Notes: generated from the letters alone by a model not told the origin. A DNA stretch of 64,000 nt from Flaccisagitta enflata (GCA_965153355.1 OZ231126.1:33790001-33854000), one strand, 5' to 3'. Shown: positions 38,947 to 55,730, numbered from the stretch's first letter. Translations and numbers: made by a program.

Positions 38947-40495
38947 CTCTATCTCTTTCTCTTTCTTTTTCTCTTTCTTTCTCTCTCTCTTTTTCTCTCT
39001 CTTTCTCTCTCTCTATCTTTCTCTCTCTCTCTCTCTTTCTCTTGCATAAAAAAAAAATTTTGTTTTTTTTATTCAATATAATCAAACAAAGCTGGATACA
39101 CGAAGCCCTTCTCTAGTCGCGTACAGATAGGCAAGGGCAGTGATGGGGAAAGTCTTTGTGGCACTTACGTTGGAGCAGTGAGCTTAAAATACTAAAAAAA
39201 CGCTAACCACAAGGAAAATGGAACTAACTAACAGATAAAGCGAAGTAGCATTACCTTGAACTAAAAAAAAGTAACTTCGGTTTCTGACTTCGGTAATCTT
39301 CGGTTTCGGTTTTGGTCAGTTAGTCACTGTAAACTTTCGACCTCTATTTGTAACACCCCCCCCCCCCCCGATTCGTAGGTAAAACTCGCTTTGTAAATAT
39401 CCTCAACTTTGACTGTCCAAATTTCTCAAAATGGCCACTTATCAGCCCAATGCATGGGCACGAACATTAGGCAAACCATTTCCAGCTCATTAACTCAATG
39501 ACCCAAGATAAATTTCATGGGAAAACTAACTGACATATGCGCACAAAAAAGGCGAAGACACGCACGCTCACACGCATATATGCTCAGTCATACACGGTCA
39601 CACGCGCCATGTGTCATCCCAGGTAGACAGTAAAGTGTTAAGGTTCGTGGATTGGGCGTACACGAGCCTACTTTCCCCTTCCCCCGCCCCCCCCCCCAAA
39701 AAAAAAAATAAAGCAAAAAGAGCTGATATCATTCTTGACTGAAAAGAATCGATCTTTGTTTAAGCACGATTTATTTCACAGACGTTAGAAGTGTCGTTTC
39801 TTCTGTCGTTGTTGTTGCTGTTGTTGTCTTGCCGGGGAGTCTTAACACCACATTGGGCTCATGTACTTTACTTTGGCTGATTTGTATTCAGACTCCATGT
39901 TCAGGTGTGTCTGGGTGTCATTGTTTTGTCTTGTATTTTAGCACGGCCTACCCCCTCCTCCGAAGCTAACTATTATTCAGGATGGATCATCCAGCAAGTC
40001 AGCAACCCCACTTGAACCCCACCAAGAGGACTACTCTTTTGTCGCCGTCTTCATTGCTGTCATTGTTGTCGTTGTCGTCATGGTTGTCATTGTCTTTTTT
40101 TTTCTTTTTGTCATAATAGAATCGTCGACTTCGTTGGCATATAATCGGCTACGTTGTCGATGTCACCGTCGTTCGATTCCACTCCCTTTTGCTTTCCTCC
40201 ATTTTTTCCTGCCTCTTGGATAAAACGAGCTTCGTTGTGCCATTTGCATACGAGGATTATTTTCTATGTATCAACAAGACCAGGCCTTATCTTGAACAGT
40301 AAGGATAATAGAAGCTTGTTGAAAGAGAAATTATTTCTGAGCGTTTGAAAAAAAACGTGAACAATCGCGAGCCTTGGGAAAAACTAGCTTGATTGTACAT
40401 AGTTGAGATGAGTTCTCTGCAAATTGTTTTTCCTCTCTGTTCTTTCTCAGACGATGTCAATCAGTCATTTTTTGAGGTGTACTTACGACCCGTTT

Positions 40496-40560
<65 letters not shown>

Positions 40561-41495
40561 TTTTTCTTTTTTGGCTTGTCTGCTTTTAGAGATAGAATCT
40601 TTGATTTTCTCAAACATCTTCCCTTTTTCATCTTTATTCATCTTCATCTTCTGTCTCTTTATTTCACTTTGTTTTTATTCTCTAGTTCCATTCCGTTTTC
40701 TTCCTCATCTCCTATTCCCGCCATTTTTAATTTGTAAATGGCAAGCAAGCTTCTTCACCAAATCATCATTCTGCTTTCCAGGCAGTTGGAAATGATTTTC
40801 TCTTACGCACGTGTAGACTGTGAAGTTTCATCTGCTCATTTAAGGGGTGAATGGTGTAGGTTGTGAGAGGGTTGTTGAGCTGGGTTGGGAAGGATAACAA
40901 GAACGCTGTGAAAGTCATCTGAGTTTTTAGTCGCTGGCTAAGCGACTTAATGAAAAGCTGTGTCCTTAAAAAAAAAAACCCGCACCTTTCTTTTCATTGA
41001 TAAAACAGATGCAAAATAGTAATCAAACTTTTTTCAATTGAGACATTTTAAATTTTTCAGAAAATCTTTCAATCTACCATCTAGAGTAAAGGTAAAGGGA
41101 CAAAATATGATACGAATATAGTTTTTCAATTAATCATGCAAAACACAATTCCCGAATGCTTCCGATACTTCCCGTGGCTCTTCTGGGCATCCACAACCGT
41201 CTACTTAAACTTTTGCGTGGTTTTCGTGATAGATATGTGGTAAGATGGGATGATCTTCCTTCAGGCCATGTGGGCAAATGATTTCAGATTTCTAGCTAAC
41301 GTTGTATGCTCTTGATTTGGAATGCTTCAATTGTCACCACAACTCAAGTAATTGGGGTATAAGTGTTCACAGGCCAAGCCGGGAACAGTATGGCACCATG
41401 TTTGTAGTGCCATGGCTTTATCTTATTGAAAATACAACTTCTTATCAAGCACAGACAACCAACAGCAACTTTTTCATCCTTTTTCATATGGAGAA

Positions 41496-41980
41496 CAGTA
41501 GGTGTCGTCTAGACTTGGAAATATGGGGGAGCTCATAGCCTGAGCATCAGTATAATGAGGGGATTGATATTTTGCTGGTGTAATGTATAGACTCTAAAGG
41601 GTTGACAATAGGGTATGGCATCCCTTTACGGCTTACCTTACAAAAAACATTTAGTATAAAATTAGGATCAATCACTTTTATGGCAGAATTTCAGCGTCAT
41701 CTATTTGCTTTAATCGCAAAACCAGCTCGGGATTTGTATCCGGAACCTTTAAAGAAATAAACTAATCACAATAAATCTGAAGTTGAGTGAGTTGACCACT
41801 AGACCAATTCTGACAGCTGTTCAAGTGGAGCTAATATGAATTTTCTATCCACAGAGCTGCCATACCCCATCGTCAACCCTAAGGACATAAGCATTATACA
41901 AACACAGTTTCATTCCATTGGTACAAATGGTAGTTTTGATATGAGGACCCCGGATTTCCAAGTATAGACAACATCTACTG
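41496..41980. mobile_element. CAGTAG-family palindromic MITE with a central nested MITE
   Basis: Ends CAGTAGGTGTCGTCTAGACTTGGAAAT and ATTTCCAAGTATAGACAACATCTACTG. TA on the right, AA on the left. Confidence 0.75.
41599..41879. mobile_element. 281-bp MITE, possibly PIF/Harbinger-like
   Basis: TIRs GGGTTGACAATAGGGTATGGCA and TGCCATACCCCATCGTCAACCC, with flanks AAA and TAA. Confidence 0.65.
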
Positions 41981-44031
41981 TAGCAATTTTGTTTTGCTTG
42001 TCATTTCTAAACGGTTTGAGCTAGGGAAACGCGATTGGCAGTATACAAAAAGAAATTCAATCTTGTTTCAGAATCTCACCGATTTTCTAATGAAATCTTT
42101 ATATTAGTCTAAGAGGAGATATTGTCCAAAATGCTTGTCCATATAGTTATGCTCTGGGTAGTAGACCAATCCCGGGTCTGTATCTAAAACGGTTTAGGAG
42201 CTAGAGCCTTCTAAAGAGAAGCTCTTATTTGCAAAAATGCACTTTTTTCAAAAAAAAAAAAAAAAAAAAGAAAAAAGAAATACTACATGGAAATTGGTTG
42301 CCACAATAAACCATTCAAAAGTGCGTGGTATAGGTATGCCAGAAGGTTGGTAAAGCGAAATCTTGGATGACGCAATATCGGCATAAATAAGTATTTCTGA
42401 GCATTACGGCCCCTGCCCAGCCATATTACACCTACATACTGCCTCTGCCTCTGCCCACCCGCATTACTGCCCTTGCACACCCGCCAGCGACTACCCATCG
42501 GTTTAGATAGTGATTTTCCCTGAACTCCAGGAAAACCGATCGTTTCAAGTTTTTCTCAATGTTTATGTAAAAGAGAAGAAAACAAGTGACGCGGGGTAAC
42601 AATATTGTTGCGGACGGGTGGGCAGGGGCATCCAATACCCATCCACACCTCATGCCCTCCATACTAGTTAGGACCCATCTAGCTCAAAACGTCCATTTCA
42701 GAGTTGGAAAAGCATCATTGGTGTTTTGACTGACTGTTCATCACAAAAAAAGTGCATATTTTGTTTGATACCAGGTAGCACTGTCCCATTTTGTATAAGG
42801 GGTGTTACGCGATTTGTCATCCTTGATTTGACCAGAGCATTTTTGGCTTTTTTTGGGGTGCAAAAGCCTTTAAAGTGGTAGTATTGGTGTAAACAGTAGT
42901 AATTTTACTATTTTTAGGGTGAGGAATCCGAATCTGTTGTCAAAAATGGTCTCCAACAATTATCTTGATCAACAACCACCATGAATAAGGCCCTGATCAG
43001 GCATTTTGGCCTTTTTTAGTAGAAAAAGCGGCTAAATAAGGTAGTTATGGCAGTTGCATGAACTATTTTACTTTATCTGGGAGAGGGAAACCAATTCTGC
43101 TGTAGAAAATGGTCTAAAGAAATTCCTCATGAGTTTACAGCGCCATTTAAGAGCCTAATTGAGCATATTAGGCCATTTTTGGCCCATTTTTTGTTGCAAG
43201 CAAGCAACTACATAAAAGATTTTTCCATCACTTAGTCAGTCTATCCATCTGTCCGTGGTAATGGTAAACTAGTAGGAAGGGAAAAAAATTAGCATTCTTG
43301 AGGTTTGTGTGACTGGGGGGTTGGGGTTGGGTAGTGGGGGATGGATGCCCCTGCCCACCAATCTGCGACAACATTATTACCGCGCTTTTACTGTTGGCGT
43401 AACATCTGCTCCATATCAATCATCACACAGATGCCATTTTTACTGATCTGGGGTTTATTCTAACGATATTGACAGGTTTTGAGCAGTTTTGTAGAGGTTT
43501 GTAAGAAAAAGGGAATCCACTAGTTTTAACGTTGCTCATGAGGCCAAATTTTTGGTTGATAAATTTTGATTTGTTTGTAAACAAAAAAAAACACTAAAAA
43601 AAACACTTTCAAAAAAAGCATTTCATGAACTTTCAAACTGTTGCTATTTTCTGCAAATCCATCTGATATCATTTGAGTCATAAGTTGCAAAAAAGAAAAA
43701 AAGAATGGATGAAAATTTGAAAAAATTGCTGGGGAATTTACTTCTTACAGACCTTAATTACAGCTTCATGATCATATATCTCTTTTTAGTCGCGGACACA
43801 CAAATCTTGACTTTTGGAAGGGCCCTGATAGAGACAAGTCCTGTAGAATACAAGGTCCTGACTCCTGAGGTTTGAGAGGGCTGTTTTGAGGACTGAGTAG
43901 GCTGATTTGATGCATAAGGAAGCTGATATAGGGCTTAAGAGGGCTGATTTGAACCTTTAATAGATTGATTTGTGGTCTGAGGGGGGGGGAAAGATGGGCA
44001 AACTCATGGACAAACGCAGACAGACCTACTA

Positions 44032-44436
44032 CAGAGAAATGGTTAATATAAGGTGTGAACCCCCTGAAAACTGTAGCACCCCCACCTACAGCTCTAGCCG
44101 ATTGAATTAAAGACATTTTAAAAGTAGAGGTAGAATGTTTATATCAATGCAAGTGGCGTCACCAGAGCGATTTTTTAATTTTGCTTTTTAAGTCAAGATA
44201 TAGCTTAATAAAGCACTAAAATTAGGTATTATTAAAAGTTTATAAAATCAAGGATTTTATGTTATAATTTGAGACTGGAATGGAAAGAGTAAAATAACTC
44301 TAATGGCGCCACTTGAACAGTAAGGGGTTCACATCTTATATTTCTCCTAACATCAATTCATTATTATCACTGTAGTTTGATCTGTAAGGGTGCTACAGTT
44401 TAGGGAGTTCACATCTTATATTTTCTCCTTCCTCTG
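44032..44436. mobile_element. 405-bp TA-flanked MITE
   Basis: Arms CAGAG...ATATAAGGTGTGAACCCCCTGAAAACTGTAGCACCC and GGGTGCTACAGTTTAGGGAGTTCACATCTTATAT...CTCTG, plus an inner inverted repeat CAAGTGGCG/CGCCACTTG. Confidence 0.75.
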
Positions 44437-45603
44437 TAAAAAGCAAAAGCTTTGCCCTTTAAGTCCTTGCACAAGACTCTTCTAAGTACCCCCTAGGGGT
44501 AAAAACCCCAAATTGTTTGTTCTTGATTCAAATTTTTTGGGTTAAAACTAAAAGATTATTCATTTATTACAAGAAATGGCTGGGATATGGTTGATTAAAG
44601 TTTTGGGGGTACCTGGGGGCCCCAAAATTTCAAACCCTGTAAAACCCAATATATGGCCCGAGAGCAAAAATGTTCAGGATTCTTGATTAACTCTCAAGTG
44701 GTACCTTTGCACCAAAAATGAGCAAAATCTATTCTTTTAAGGTTTTCAGTTTGTACATTTTGAGATGGAACACGGGGTCACAATATCATTGGGGACAAGT
44801 GGGCAGGGGCATCCAGCCCCCAACTACACCCCACGCTCCCCAACCTTACACAAGTGTCCAAAACACTCTTTTTTAACTTTTTGACTCATGCTGAGGGATG
44901 GTTGCTATAGACATAGTGATTCTAAGAATTAATGTTAGCAGAAAATGATCATTTTTTGGCCATTTTTGAACATTGTTGGTTTTTTTCGAGAGACACTTTG
45001 CTTTCTTTGCCATTCAGGTAACAGGCAGGAATTTTTGACAATTTTGAAGAAAAAACCTTAAAATTGTGATTTTTTAGTGATTTTTCCTTGAAAAATGGTG
45101 TTCTAGGCCAGTTTTCCACATGATAGGAACCCAAAAATTTTTTTATGCTAGGTTATGTGTGTGTGTGGAGCCTGAGTGAGGAAAATGAGGTGATAGAGAG
45201 GGCTTTTGGCCTGGCAATAGGTGAAAAAATCCCATTTTTAAGGCAATTTTGGCCAAAAAAGGCTATTTTGGACCAAATTTTTCAAAATTTTTGAAAAATC
45301 TGCCAATTTTTTTTTACTTCCTCGTCATATGTTGGAATTAACTTCCACTGACCAAATTTGGTGAGAATAGTATCGTTTATTGTCAAGTTATAGCTGTTTT
45401 TTACTAAAAATTCAAAAAAATTGAATTTTTTTAGGGTCTTGAGGTTAATTTTCCAATCTTATACTTCGACCAACACGTGTATGTGTTTGTTCACTCACAC
45501 CGGTCACTTGCTCCATTCGCGGGTTCGCTCACTTTGCTCATCCCTGAGTGAGACAGTTATCCAGCTTAATAAAATCAAATGATCATCCTGACCGATGATA
45601 TTT

Positions 45604-45913
45604 ATAGCATTAGAACGAATTAGCGTCATTGTTTCCCTCACGTTGGTCAAGTTTTGGTTCCTCATGACATGTGGAGCTGATGCTGCGATACGGCAACTTT
45701 CTTTGTAAAAAGACCTGATGATTCTTTGGCCATTTTCAACAAAACTTGTCGACGCCTGCATTGCCAAACTTCAAAATCATCTGTGGTATACTTGCCAAGA
45801 GATGACCCCGTTGGCAATAGCTTCAACACTCATCAGTGACGAGGAACGTGCACAGTTAGCTTGGGTGAATTTATGTTCATCCTGTAGATTCTGTCTATCG
45901 GTCCATCCGTCCG

Positions 45914-45957
<44 letters not shown>

Positions 45958-46520
45958 ACACACACACACACACACTTAGCTTCGCTATCCAATTTTCGTA
46001 ATGCAAAGGCAATCCAAGCTATTCCCAAAGATGGATTATGCATGCATGGGACCGGTGACGATGGATGCACTAACTGAATTGACCACTTTAGTTTCAAGAT
46101 TGGGACCACAGTCATGGCACTTTTTCATTGCCCTTCAAATAGAAACAGAGTGGTTGAGCGAACCAGTTTCTACTTGGTCAAACAATATAGCCTACCAGCG
46201 CTTTCATAAGTTTGCTCACGAATACTCAAAATGCTTGCCTGAATGAGCTATCCAAAAAAATTTCAGTTGAGCTTTTTTTTCGCTTTTTAGCCTATGGCGT
46301 GACAATACAGCCTACCAGCGCTTTCATAAGTTTGCTCACGATCTGCCAATTTCAAATGATAGCACTGAGAGGATGATTAAGCGGACAAGCGATTACTCGA
46401 ATTTTGGCGCAAAAAAACGAGGATGATTTTCAGGCTATATTAAGTGTTGTTGGGCAGGCAATTGAGCGCTTACCGAGCCGGAGCACAAAAGCGGCATTAG
46501 TGAAGGCCTATGACGAATGA
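45604..46520 (+). pseudogene. Decayed DNA transposase C-terminal half (hAT-related, probably hATm-like) with a probable intron at about 45864-46008
   Basis: Joined translation: ALERISVIVSLTLVKFWF...AKLQNHLWYTCQEMTPLAIASTLISDEERAQLA / ...LGPQSWHFFIALQIETEWLSEPVSTWSNNIAYQRFHKFAHDLPISNDSTERMIKRTSDY...EDDFQAILSVV...K. The HLWY, SWxFF, PxxxW and NDxxER motif order is as I recall for this family. Lesions: TAA at 45706, a 4-bp CATG duplication at about 46040, an insertion at 46222-46341 and +1 A at about 46411. Confidence 0.75.
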
Positions 46521-46573
46521 TTATTGTTCGTATTTTTGGCCTCGGTTTCTTTGTATTTTTGGCCTCGGTTGCC

Positions 46574-47128
46574 TTTTGGGCAGCGGCCCTGAAGGGGACG
46601 AAGTCCTGTAGAACACGGGGATTTGCCTTCATCCATCCGTTTGTCCGTCCATCTGTTCGTCCGTCCATCCCCCCAGGGCCTCTCAGGCCTGAAATCTGCC
46701 CTATCAGGCCTGAAATCTGCTCTATCAGGCCTGAAATCTACCCTCTCAGGCCTGAAATTTGCCCTCTCAAGCCTTGAATCTGCCCTCTCAGGCCTGAAAT
46801 CTGCCCGCAGGCCTGCAATCTGTTCTCCCAGGTCTTAAATCTGCCCTCTCATGCAGATTCAAGGCTTGAGAGGTCAGTTTCAGGCCTGAGAGGGTAAGTT
46901 TCAGGCCTAATAGGGAAGATTTCAGGTCTGAAGGAGCAATTTCAACCTGAAACCCACGAAGAGAGGAAGATGGACGGATGAATGGATGAATGGGCAGCGG
47001 ACAAACAGTAAGTCCTGTGTTCTGGAACTTTGTTCAGAACATGTACTCTCTCACTCCCAAATCACAATCCAAGCAAAAACGGGAGCCTTGGGTATACGCT
47101 GACCACATGTGCCCTTAGGCGACCTGTT
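46574..47128 (+). mobile_element. HINE-like family B element with a 21-bp tandem array
   Basis: TTTTGGGCAGCGGCCCTGAAGGGG, (GTCC)n, (CTCTCAGGCCTGAAATCTGCC)n at 46677-46850 with inverted units at about 46860-46935, and tail GCTGACCACATGTGCCCTTAGGCGACCTGTT. Confidence 0.75.
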
Positions 47129-47659
47129 ATATTGTGAATTCCTTGCGTATTTAGATTTTGAAATTTGACAATGTGTTTTTTAAAGAATTATTTTAGAATT
47201 TCGTGATATTCGGTTTTAAATTATTCAATTAATGATAAATCATTCAATTAATAATTTGTTTTAGAATTATATCAGAATTTCAAAAATTTGTTTTAGAATT
47301 ACATTAGGATATCAAAATATTTTGTTGGAGAATTATTTTGATATTTTGCAATACTTCTGTGTGATGAAAAAAAAATTCAAAAAAAGATTCAAGTGAAATT
47401 GAAATCAAACTTCTGAAACCTTGTCTCATTTTTTTCTTAGGTGGATAGTTTTAATGGCTTGTTTTTGTAATACTGCTCCTAGTCGCCGAGGCATGAGGGA
47501 TTTCTATAATGGGTAGATGTTATCCAGGCCAGATACATGGCCACCATAGTCGCGTAGCGGTGAGCAGGGGCAGTGATAACCACCTGTATACGCAGAAAAA
47601 GAAAAAAAAAGTTTGACAGACAGACAAAGCAGGTTGCACAGATGCATGCACTCAAAATG

Positions 47660-48172
47660 ACATCAACTTAGGAGCAATGCTACTTCTAAACGAATTGAGC
47701 TAATGACCTCAACTTGGGCTCATTTCAAAAACTAGATGCAGCTCTTTAAAATGAGCCCAAGTTGGGGTCATTAGCTCAATTTTTTGGAAGATATAAGCTT
47801 TCAAAGTTGCATGAATGTAATCCATGTTTTGCTCAAACTAACATCAACTTTGGAGCAATGCTACTTTTAGATGAAATGAGTTAATGACCTCAACTTGGGT
47901 TCATTTTAAAGAGTAGATGCAGCTCTTTAAAATGAGCCCAAATTGAGGTCATTAATTCAATTTGTTTGGAAGTTATAAGCTTTCAAAGTTGCATAAATGA
48001 AATCCATGTTTTGCTCAAACTAACATGAACTTTGGAGCAATGCTGCTTCTAAACGGATTGAGCTAATGACCTCAATTTGGGCTCATTTTAAAGAGCTGCG
48101 CCTACTCTTTGAAATGAGCCCAAATTGAGGTCATTAGCTTTATTCGTTAAAAAGATATGAGCTAACAAAGTT
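47660..48172. repeat. Tandem repeat of 181-182 bp (nearly 3 units), each with an internal hairpin
   Basis: Units start at 47660, 47841 and 48023. Arms AATTGAGCTAATGACCTCAACTTGGGCTCATTT and AAATGAGCCCAAGTTGGGGTCATTAGCTCAATT. Confidence 0.9.
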
Positions 48173-49539
48173 AGGGGTGTCTGACCCCTATATTTTCTGT
48201 TTTTTCTGCATTTTTCTTCAACTACCGATGCTCCAATTCCAATGCCCGTGACATTCTGAGGCCTGTTTACTATTTTTTGATTATATTAGAAAGGAAAAAG
48301 CGCCGGGTGGGGATACCAAAGCCATTTTCTGCGCATTTCAGGAGCGCCAATGAGCAGACACATGTAACTTTAAATCAACCTTATTTCTAAACAAATGAAG
48401 CTAAAATCGTCACACTGGTCTTGAATGAAAGAAAATATGTCAGTCTATGAATTTTTAGAAATACTCATCAGATTGATGAATTTAATGTGGCAAAACAGTA
48501 GTTTTGTCTAATTTCGAAAGTCTTTGTTTTTTGTCAGATCGCTCTTCATTTTAGGCCAGATATTTTATAAAGTTACCAAAAAAATCCACAAGAATTCAAG
48601 GGGATGATCAAATAGTGTTCATTTGTGACCAATATGACCAATAAAGCTCAACCTAAGCCAATGTAAGAGAGATTTAACAATCAAAAACTGCTGAAAAAGG
48701 CTATTTTTGATCAAAATTACATCAAATTTCACCAAATTCCAAAATTATGTGGAAGCCAAACCGCTAAAGCCAGAGATGTGGAATTTTGCATGAAAAAATG
48801 GTAGGTTATATGCTTCAAGATGAAACAAATCTGAATCTTTCAAAAAGATTACTTTGGGCACAATAAAGGTTTTGCTGGTTGCTGTTGTATCTGATGACAG
48901 GGTAAGGCTAAAAATTTGTCCCCTCAGGATGTCTGGAAATTCATCCCTGTGTTCTACAGGACATTGATCATTTAGAGCCGCTGCCCTGCTCTCACTCCAC
49001 TTCTTCATTGGATCACTGCAAGCAGGGCATCAGGTACCGCTGACCATGTGCGATGACCTGTTCACACCATAACCTACTTTCTTTTACCTGAAATGAATTG
49101 TCTCTTGAATTGAATCAGCCTACCAGCCTTTACGTTAGCCATCATAAGCCTCAAATAAGTCCTCATTGGTTGGATGAATGGATGGACGAACAAAAGTCCC
49201 CTCGCATTTTGCAGGACTTTATCCTCTATAAGACTGCTACCCTGCTTTCAAGGGCTGACTTTACTTGAGAAACCCATAACTCATATATGGTATGAGTCAT
49301 TGCCCAAGGGTAATTCCCATCTTGTTCCATTGGACATTGCTCATATTTCACAATCTCCCTGATAGATGGACTGACAGGTGGGCAGACTAATGTCTAACTA
49401 ACTAATGTCTAACCATTAGACAAACCAACATACTGGCCCACAGACACAACTTCTCAAAGAGATGTCAGGATTGACCATAAAACAGGAGACCATGGTAAAA
49501 GAAGATAGGAAAATCCTCCAAAATTCCCATGAAAGTTTC

Positions 49540-49900
49540 TATGTTTGACAGCCCATAAATTGGCTGTTTTTCAAGGGATTGACATGAAATTGGTGACGGT
49601 TTTAAAGATATTAAAAAGATCTTTAAAATGGGACCAATCTGGCATTTATAGCTTTATTCGTTCAAAAGTTATGAGCAAAACAAGTGAAATTGTGAAAGTA
49701 GAAGGAAATAGATAATGATCTGGAAAATCGTCGAAAATCTCCATAATCTTGCTCATGTTTGACAGCTTATAACTTGGTTGTTTTTCAACGGATTTGCAAA
49801 AAATTGGTGCCGGTTGGAAAGATCTTGAAGAGATCTTTAAAATGGGCTCAATCTGGCATTTCTAGCTCAATTCGTTCAAAAGTTACGAGCAAAACAATGG
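49540..49900. repeat. Diverged direct repeat pair with a period of about 213 bp
   Basis: TGTTTGACAGC...AGATCTTTAAAATGG...CAATCTGGCATTT...ATTCGTTCAAAAGTTA occurs twice. Confidence 0.7.
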
Positions 49901-50262
49901 AGGGGTTCAAAAAAAGGGAAAATTCAAGGACCTGTACCAACCACCCAGAAAAAAATGGAAATTATGAAAAATCCGCCCAAGAATGATTTTGCTGTTTTTT
50001 GCCATGGGTTATGCATGGGTTGAACTACTAGAATCTGCAGAAAAAGTGGGAGTTCTCCTAGTTTGAACATAGCGGTGCCAGAAATCTGTTGTGACAACTA
50101 AATGCGCAAATGTAAATCAGGCTTCCTTATTTACAAGAGTTTCCGTTAGGACAAAGTGAGCAATTAACAATACGACGTCTCGAGCAATAAACAACATAGA
50201 CTTGCGAGGCAGTAATCATTTCAAACGTCACAACAGTGACTGAAAAAATAGTTAAGTGTATT

Positions 50263-50295
<33 letters not shown>

Positions 50296-50730
50296 CACAC
50301 ACACACACCTCCGTAGAAGGACCGATAGACATATTGACAAGGAACCTGCACACAGGAAGCGGTGGTGTTAAGGAGGCGGCGGTGTAACCGAGACAGCGGG
50401 AGCGGCGGAGGCGGGGAGGAGGCGCGGCGGAGGCGATGAAAGCGGCGGAAACGGTGTCATGATTGGCTCGACAACTTTTACTCCGCTGTGGAGTTTGTGT
50501 AAACATTCTTGTATTCACCGGCGTTCTCAACCGCAACGTCACCCTCGTCACCGACGCCGCTCTCGCCGCCGTTCGTAATATCACCGCCGTCGTTGTCACC
50601 GTCACCATAGCCACAGCCACCTCCACCACTTTCACTGCCATCGCAGCCTAGTCACCACTTCAACTCCCGCCTTCGCACTGTCTACTGCTTTACTACCACC
50701 TAGAACCTATAGCGCTTCTTTTATCTTTTC

Positions 50731-50798
<68 letters not shown>

Positions 50799-50977
50799 AC
50801 CCGACACGTTTTTAATCTCGGCTCCCCGCCCACTTTCCTTACTTTCTCCATTTTCTCATTTTCTTCTTTGTCTTTTTTTCTCAGGTTTCTATCGGTTTTT
50901 TTTTGTTTGGAATCGCCGTGGATAAAAAGCAAGAAAAAAACAAACTATTCTTCCTTCCTTTTTTACCTTTTTGTTTT

Positions 50978-51053
<76 letters not shown>

Positions 51054-52563
51054 CTCTCTGGCTGGGGATAGTGAGCACTCTTAATCTCGGCGTCGATGCG
51101 AAAGAACAAATTTAATCTCAACACGACGCCGCCTCCCTTGAAGATGCCTGGGAGAACGCCGCCGCGCCGTAGATGACTCCAAACCGGCAGAAAAGTAAAA
51201 GAAAAAGAAATGCTAATCATTGTAAGTGCAATTCATAACTAAGAAAAACCTCCAACGTGAATGCTTTTCATCTATGACAAGACAAATCTGAACATTTGAT
51301 AAGAGAAAAAAAAAAGATAACTCAAACAAAAACACAATCAAAACAGAACCAAGAAAAAAAAAAAATAATAAAAAAGAAAAGAAAGAAAAACACGCTAATT
51401 TCTTTCTCGATGGACAGCGAAAATTTAAACGCGGATGGGTAAAAGTATCATTTCAGTAAAAAAAAGTGGATAACGACGTCAGCAGGTAAAGACGCCGGTT
51501 AGAGAGTCACCGACACGACGCCGGCGCCTCCGACTCCATCTCAAAAAGAAAAAAAAAACAGACAATCACCTTCTCCGCCTTCTTCCTCTCACAATCCTCA
51601 GAGATTGGAGATAAGATCTTCGGTTTCATCGCGGCGACGCCGACTTAATCTCGGCGTCGGCATCTCCCTCACTTCGGCGTCGGCATCTCCCTCACTTCGG
51701 CGACGTCTCTTTCTTTCCGTCGGTACATCCTTTTTTGTCGGTATCCCCAACGCATCGTCTCTTCTTTTCTTCCTGTTTCTCAACCGGCGTCGATTTTTTT
51801 TTTTGCATCGCCGGTTAAAGGACTTGAAATCGCTTCTTCAATGTTTTGTCGGTTTCAACATCATCTCCAACGCCACTGTTATCGCCATCTTTGCCGTTGC
51901 CGTCCTGAGGCTGCTTTCGACGCCACCCGGGGAAGTAGACTTTTTTTAAACTATCACCATTAAATTCTCAATGGCCACTCTTCAACGTGGGGAATTTGCG
52001 ATGGAAAAAGCAAATTTGTGCCCGTCTATCTAAGGCGTGGCGTCATTGTCGTCAACTTCGTCATTGTCACCGTCGTTCTCGCTCCCATCAGCATCGTCGT
52101 TCATCGCCGTCATTCACCGGCGTTTGTGCTGCGGTTTTTCGTGTTTTCCATCCACGTTCTTTGGTAATCCGCCTCGACGCCGTGTCTATCCATCCCCAAA
52201 GCGACGTTCTTCGATTATCCGCCTCGATAGCGTTGATGTCGATGCCCGAAAGAAATTCCCCCTCTCTCCATACATTAACATCAGCAAGAACAAAAGAGAT
52301 CACGGTGATTGCTTTCATTAACGACGCGGCGAAAATGTCGGTGATCGCGAATTCGTCCGTACAGAAAATGACATAAAAAACCGCGACTACAAACGAGACA
52401 ACAACCTCATAAACATGACCAGCAACGTCAACTGTTACAGCGGCAACTCCATCCACAAACGACTCCTTTACCCAGACTCTCGCAGTTTCTCCTTGCCCCT
52501 GATCCCCCTCACCAACCACCTCTTTCCCCTACGCCGCGACTCACTTCCGCACTGACGTTAAAA

Positions 52564-55329
<2,766 letters not shown>

Positions 55330-55624
55330 GTGACGTCATACAAGCACAAGCTTTTTTATTTAATTCTTTTTCATGGGCTTATGAAGACATCTTGACGGGC
55401 TTCGCTCTCTTTTCATCATTACTTTTCATCCCACTATCGCTTATTGTTGTCAGAGAGCGTGATTTTTCTCATTTGTTCTTCATTTTTTTTGTGAGGTTTT
55501 CAACTACAGTTTGTCTGTTTATGTCTGTCTGACGTTCCTCTTTTACTATGGATTATTTTCCTGTTTCACTTCCACCCTTTGCCTTTTTCTCTTTTTGATG
55601 TAGTTTTGTTTTTGTATCTCTTTC

Positions 55625-55730
<106 letters not shown>

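Noticed and set aside
39892-39941. 13-nt micro-exon plus 37-nt intron that would link the 26274 donor in frame to 39942
   Set aside because: The phase match has a one-in-three chance, the donor GTGTGT is weak, and the intron is implausibly short without transcript data.
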